In this document: positions 40,005 through 43,894 of the stretch, piece by piece | Position numbering within the stretch: the stretch's first letter is position 1 | Layout: every line of letters starts with the position of its first letter | Assembly: GCA_040902005.1 (NCBI GenBank) | Contig: JBBDYA010000019.1 | Span: 1-43,894, forward strand | DNA from: Gemmatimonadaceae bacterium | GTDB lineage: Bacteria; Gemmatimonadota; Gemmatimonadetes; Gemmatimonadales; Gemmatimonadaceae | Direction: 5' to 3' | DNA: 43,894 bases | Notes under the pieces: generated by a model | Told to the model about the DNA's origin: nothing | Database searches by the model: none | Seen by the model: only the letters and a program-made list of their open reading frames with translations | Made by a program: the position numbers and the translations under genes

Positions 40005-40613
40005 ATGACACTTACCAAGCGCCAGCGCGAAATCCTCACGTACCTCCAGGCGTACAGCGGGGAATACCAGTACGCGCCGAGCTTCGAGGAAATCGCCGAA
40101 CATTTCAACTATAACTCGCTGGCGACGGTCCACGAGCACCTGAGCAACCTCGAACGCAAGGGGTACATCAAGCGCTCATATAATGAGAGTCGGGCCATCG
40201 AGATCCTGCCCAGCGAGGTGAACCCGCGAGCGGTGGAGCTCCCCCTGTTGGGCGCCGTGGCCGCCGGGGTTCCGATCGAGGCCATCGCGCACGAAGAGAC
40301 GGTGGCTGTTCCCGAGAGCTTCATCCAGCGCGGCGGCGGCCACTACGTGTTGCGCGTGAAGGGGAACTCGATGATCGACGAGCACATTCGCGACGGCGAT
40401 TTCGTGGTCGTGAATGAGCGGCAGAGCGCCGACAACGGCGAGATGGTCATCGCGATGCTGCATGGAACGTCTGCCACGGTGAAGAAGATGTTTCGTGAGC
40501 GCGATGGCCGTATCCGGCTTCAGCCCGCGAACGAAACCATGGCGCCGATGTACGTCCACGAGAACGACATCAGCATTCAGGGGGTCGTGGTCGGGGTGCT
40601 GCGGCGTTACTGA
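40005..40613 (+). CDS. lexA: SOS repressor LexA
   Basis: LTKRQ..IL, PSFEEIA, LERKGYI, AAG cleavage site, GNSM (Ser), TVKK (Lys). Confidence 0.96.
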   Translation: MTLTKRQREILTYLQAYSGEYQYAPSFEEIAEHFNYNSLATVHEHLSNLERKGYIKRSYNESRAIEILPSEVNPRAVELPLLGAVAAGVPIEAIAHEETVAVPESFIQRGGGHYVLRVKGNSMIDEHIRDGDFVVVNERQSADNGEMVIAMLHGTSATVKKMFRERDGRIRLQPANETMAPMYVHENDISIQGVVVGVLRRY

Positions 40614-41656
40614 GCGGGCAGGTTGTACGCGGCGCGCAGACGGTCGAGCGCCGCCATGCCCGCGCCGGAGTCCAGGGCGTGCCGGGCCATGTCCACGCCT
40701 TCGGCAAACTCTTTGGCCATGCCACTGACGTACACCGCGGCGCCCGCGTTCAGAATCACCGCGCCCTGGGACGCCCGGTTCCCTTCACCGCCAAGCACCG
40801 CCATGACGGCTCGCGCGTTGGCGGCGGGGTCTCCCCCCGCGAGATCGCCGGCCTTTAGCCCCCCCCCCTTGAACCCGAACTTTGCGGGTTCGATCGCCCA
40901 TTCCTCGATTCGACCGTCGCGAATCTCGATCACCTGGGTGGGAGCGAGCGGGGAGATCTCGTCCATCCCGGACCCGTGCACCACGAGTGCGTGCCGGGTG
41001 CCCAGCTCCTGTAGGGCGCCGGCGAGCAGCGGTACCCGCCGCTCGTCCGCGACGCCCACCACCTGGCGCCCCGCCATGGCGGGATTGGCCAGCGGGCCCA
41101 CGATGTTCATCACCGTGGGGATCGCGAGCTCGCGGCGGACGGGGCCTACGTGCCGCATGGCGGGGTGCATCAAGGGCGCGAACATGAAGACGATGCCTGC
41201 GTCGGTGAGTGCGCGCTCCATCACCGCCACCGGGACTTCGATCTTGACGCCCAGCGCCTCCAGGACGTCGGCGCTGCCGCACAACGACGTGAACGACCGG
41301 TTGCCGTGCTTGGCGATGCGAACGCCAGCCCCCGCGGCGAGCAGCGCCGCGGCCGTGGAGATGTTGAACGTCTGCACCGTTCCGCCACCGGTGCCACAGG
41401 TGTCCACCAGGTCCTCGGGGTTGACGGCGGGCAGGCGCACCATTGCAGCCCGAAGTGCCTGTACCACGCCGGCCACCTCGGTGGGGGTCTCCCCCTTCAC
41501 ACGAAGCGCGATCAGCAGCGCGGACACCTGCACCGGCGAGCCCTCGCCGTTCATCACCAGCTCGAACGCCGCACGAGCATCGTCCGCCGAGAGGGAGTCC
41601 CCGGCGGCCAAACGGCGGATGGCCACCTGGAGCGCGTTCCCGGTGCTAGCCGACAC
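40607..41656 (-). CDS. trpD: Anthranilate phosphoribosyltransferase
   Basis: DTCGTGG, FNIST, KHGNRS, GPLANP, GMDE. Confidence 0.96.
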   Translation of the reverse strand: MSASTGNALQVAIRRLAAGDSLSADDARAAFELVMNGEGSPVQVSALLIALRVKGETPTEVAGVVQALRAAMVRLPAVNPEDLVDTCGTGGGTVQTFNISTAAALLAAGAGVRIAKHGNRSFTSLCGSADVLEALGVKIEVPVAVMERALTDAGIVFMFAPLMHPAMRHVGPVRRELAIPTVMNIVGPLANPAMAGRQVVGVADERRVPLLAGALQELGTRHALVVHGSGMDEISPLAPTQVIEIRDGRIEEWAIEPAKFGFKGGGLKAGDLAGGDPAANARAVMAVLGGEGNRASQGAVILNAGAAVYVSGMAKEFAEGVDMARHALDSGAGMAALDRLRAAYNLPAQ

Positions 41657-42950
41657 TCAACGTTTCCACGAGGCGCTCCGGCAGTCGTGCCTGCGACGCC
41701 ACCAGCGCGATGACCAGACTGAGCAGCCGCACGCGCTCCACGTCTTCGTCCACGAACACGCCCTGCATCGCGCGATTGGTGAGGTTCACTACGCCGAGTA
41801 GTTCGTCATTGTAGACGAGCGGGAAGCTGATGAACGAGCCGCTGGTGAAGTATTCGTCCTTGAGCAGCGGATGTTCCTTCGCTTCGGTGACGTCCTGCAC
41901 GAGGATGGGCTCGCGATTCGCCGCCACCTTGCCGGCGACCCCCTTCCCGATGCGCACTCGCGCACCCTCCGTGATGTTCGGCGCGATGCCCTTCGCCGAC
42001 GCGATGTAGAGGAACCCCTCCTCTGGCGCGCGCAGCAGCAGCGAGCAGCGCTGCGAGTGCATGTCGTCGCCCACCAGCGCGAGCAGGCCGTCCGCGAGTT
42101 GGCGCGGATCGTTTGTCGTATTGTCGAGCGTGAGGACGCGATCGATGAGATAGAGCGTGCGCGTGCGCTGCCGGAGCTGCTCGCTGCGCCGGTGCAGCTC
42201 CACGTGCGCCTTCTCGAGTTGTTCCACCGCGAGGCTGACGGTGGCGTCCACGGCGTCGGCCCGCTTGTTCGCCCGCCGCGCCTCCTCCGTCGCCTGCGCG
42301 AGCTCGCGCTCCAGCTGCACCACCCGGGCGGGATCGGCGCCGACGCTGAACTCCCCGCTGGCCTTGAGCAGCTTGTCCTCCAGCGTGGCCAGCCGCTTCT
42401 CGTACTCGCCGTGCAGCCGCTGGGTCACGTCTTCCAGGGTGCGAACCGCCTCCAGGCGCGCTTCGTGCTCGAGAAATCGCGCGTGCGCGAGCTCGAACAG
42501 CGCGGCCGCGGGCGCGAAGCGTTCAGAAGTGCGCGTGCCGAAAATCTTGCGCGGCTCGTAGAGCACCAGCAAGGACGAGAGTCCGCCGTCGAAGTGCAGC
42601 CCGCGCACCGCGAGCAGGCCGCCCTCTTCCGGTACCGTGAGCGCAAAGAGACGCGCGTACTCGTCGGACGCGTCGGCGAAGTCCACGAACTGACCGCCCG
42701 CCGCGATGGCGAGCCGTTCCCGATTGGGGAGATGGTCGAGCGTGGTGTCGAGCGCCGCGCGCGCGGTGCCCTGGGCCGACACCAGCACGCGCTCGCGCAT
42801 CAGGGACTTGCGTCCGTCGAAGCGCACCCACGCCAGTTGCGCGAACCGATCGAGTTCGGCGAGGGACTCGGCGAGCCCGATCAGCGCCCGCTCCACGTCC
42901 GTGGCGACGCTGAGCGACTGTGCGAGCGAGGCGAGCGTGCGCGGAGGCAT
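41646..42950 (-). CDS. GAF-domain/coiled-coil protein without recognisable output domain
   Basis: C-terminal GAF (GKGVAGKVA, SFISFPL, LLGVVNLTN, FVDED) preceded by a long coiled coil. Confidence 0.85.
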   Translation of the reverse strand: MPPRTLASLAQSLSVATDVERALIGLAESLAELDRFAQLAWVRFDGRKSLMRERVLVSAQGTARAALDTTLDHLPNRERLAIAAGGQFVDFADASDEYARLFALTVPEEGGLLAVRGLHFDGGLSSLLVLYEPRKIFGTRTSERFAPAAALFELAHARFLEHEARLEAVRTLEDVTQRLHGEYEKRLATLEDKLLKASGEFSVGADPARVVQLERELAQATEEARRANKRADAVDATVSLAVEQLEKAHVELHRRSEQLRQRTRTLYLIDRVLTLDNTTNDPRQLADGLLALVGDDMHSQRCSLLLRAPEEGFLYIASAKGIAPNITEGARVRIGKGVAGKVAANREPILVQDVTEAKEHPLLKDEYFTSGSFISFPLVYNDELLGVVNLTNRAMQGVFVDEDVERVRLLSLVIALVASQARLPERLVETLSVG

Positions 42951-43057
42951 GGGGAGTGGCCGGGGCCCGAAAAAACGCCGAGCGAGAGGGTGGACGGGCG
43001 TGACAATGTGATCGCGTACGTTGAACAATGTCAATCGGTTGACTCACATCGCCTTTC

Positions 43058-43085
43058 TTGACTTCACCCTCCGTGCCGGTAGGTT
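43058..43085 (+). promoter_or_regulatory. Putative promoter of truA, possibly leaderless
   Basis: TTGACT-N16-TAGGTT ending 7 nt before the ATG; no SD. Confidence 0.55.
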
Positions 43086-43092
43086 TCACGCA

Positions 43093-43866
43093 ATGGCGGA
43101 GCGCACCGTGCAGCTCGTGCTGCACTATGACGGCTCGGGATTCAGTGGATGGCAACGCCAACCCGAGCAGCGCACCGTGCAAGGCGTGGTCGAGCAGGCG
43201 CTCGAGCGGTTATGCGGAGAGCCAACCGCCGCGCTCGGCTCGGGGCGTACGGATGCAGGCGTGCACGCGCGTGGGCAGAGCGTCGGGGTTCGCGTTGCTG
43301 AGAAGTGGACCCCGGACGGTTTCCGGCGAGCGCTGAACGCTGTTCTGCCGGAGGACGTATGGGTCGCCGCCGCACATGAAATGCGACCAGACTTCCACGC
43401 ACGCCATAGCGCCATTGGCCGCCGTTACAGCTACTACGTGGGAACCGACGATGCCGCCCGCTCGCCGTTTCGGCGGCGCACGGAGTACCCCTTCGCGTTC
43501 ATGCTGGATCGGGACGCGCTGCGCGCCTCGGCCGAGCCGCTCGTCGGGCTGCACTCGTTCCGGGCCTTCGCCGTGAAGGGCACGGCGCCGGAGAAGGATC
43601 AGCATCGCTGCGACGTGCGTGTCGCGCGCTGGGCGGATCGGGACGGAGGGCTCACCTTCGAGATCGAGGCAAACCGGTTCCTGCATCATATGGTGCGCTT
43701 TCTCGTTGGCACGATGCTGGACGTCGGATCGGGGCGCCGACCGGTGAGTGACGTGGCCGCGCTGCTGGCGGCGACGCACAATCAGGATGTGTCCGCGCCT
43801 GCGCCAGCCAACGCGCTCTTTCTCGACGCCGTGGAGTATCCGGCCGAACTGTACGTGACCGCGTGA
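43093..43866 (+). CDS. truA: tRNA pseudouridine(38-40) synthase
   Basis: YDGSGFSGWQ, GRTDAGVHA, FHAR, FLHHMVR. Confidence 0.97.
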   Translation: MAERTVQLVLHYDGSGFSGWQRQPEQRTVQGVVEQALERLCGEPTAALGSGRTDAGVHARGQSVGVRVAEKWTPDGFRRALNAVLPEDVWVAAAHEMRPDFHARHSAIGRRYSYYVGTDDAARSPFRRRTEYPFAFMLDRDALRASAEPLVGLHSFRAFAVKGTAPEKDQHRCDVRVARWADRDGGLTFEIEANRFLHHMVRFLVGTMLDVGSGRRPVSDVAALLAATHNQDVSAPAPANALFLDAVEYPAELYVTA

Positions 43867-43876
43867 CGGGCGGCCG

Positions 43877-43894
43877 GGGGGGGGGGGGGGGGGG
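43877..43894. other. Terminal poly-G, probable sequencing artefact
   Basis: Uninterrupted G run at the sequence end. Confidence 0.7.

Noticed and set aside
43877..43894. Poly-G as a G-quadruplex or repeat
   Set aside because: It sits at the sequence end, typical of a two-colour sequencing artefact.
1..43894. CRISPR array, transposase, prophage or defence system
   Set aside because: No spaced repeats or corresponding proteins recognised; intergenic gaps are too short.

Overview
A high-GC (about 68-70% by eye), gene-dense, mostly minus-strand core-chromosome segment. Gene content and protein style suggest Gemmatimonadota (inference). From left to right: partial yicC; a TonB-plug-type outer-membrane protein; pepA; icd; tRNA-Leu(CAA); an ECF sigma/zinc anti-sigma/Spy-CpxP triad; GDPD; rpmA-rplU; RNase E/G with a long structured leader; an acyl-CoA cluster (acyl-CoA dehydrogenase, recQ, crotonase, split AtuA, carboxyltransferase, split B12 mutase, methyltransferase, meaB); two CBS/CorC genes; ybeY; PgpH-like 7TM-HD; phoH; aspS; VanZ; rlmN; LytR_C; YqeK-like HD; folK; folB; a trp cluster interrupted by a HEAT/HD-GYP pair and by an inverted lexA; an orphan GAF protein; truA. 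I found no mobile element, CRISPR array or prophage. The best leads are: (1) the HEAT + HD-GYP pair inside the trp operon, which shares an unnamed N-terminal domain; (2) TTCGG-N6-TTCGG repeats at the lexA/trpC divergent promoter; (3) an isobutyryl-CoA-type B12 mutase linked to Liu-like and AtuA genes; (4) dense D-S/T sequons in the outer-membrane protein. All assignments come from motif recognition by eye; no database searches were run.
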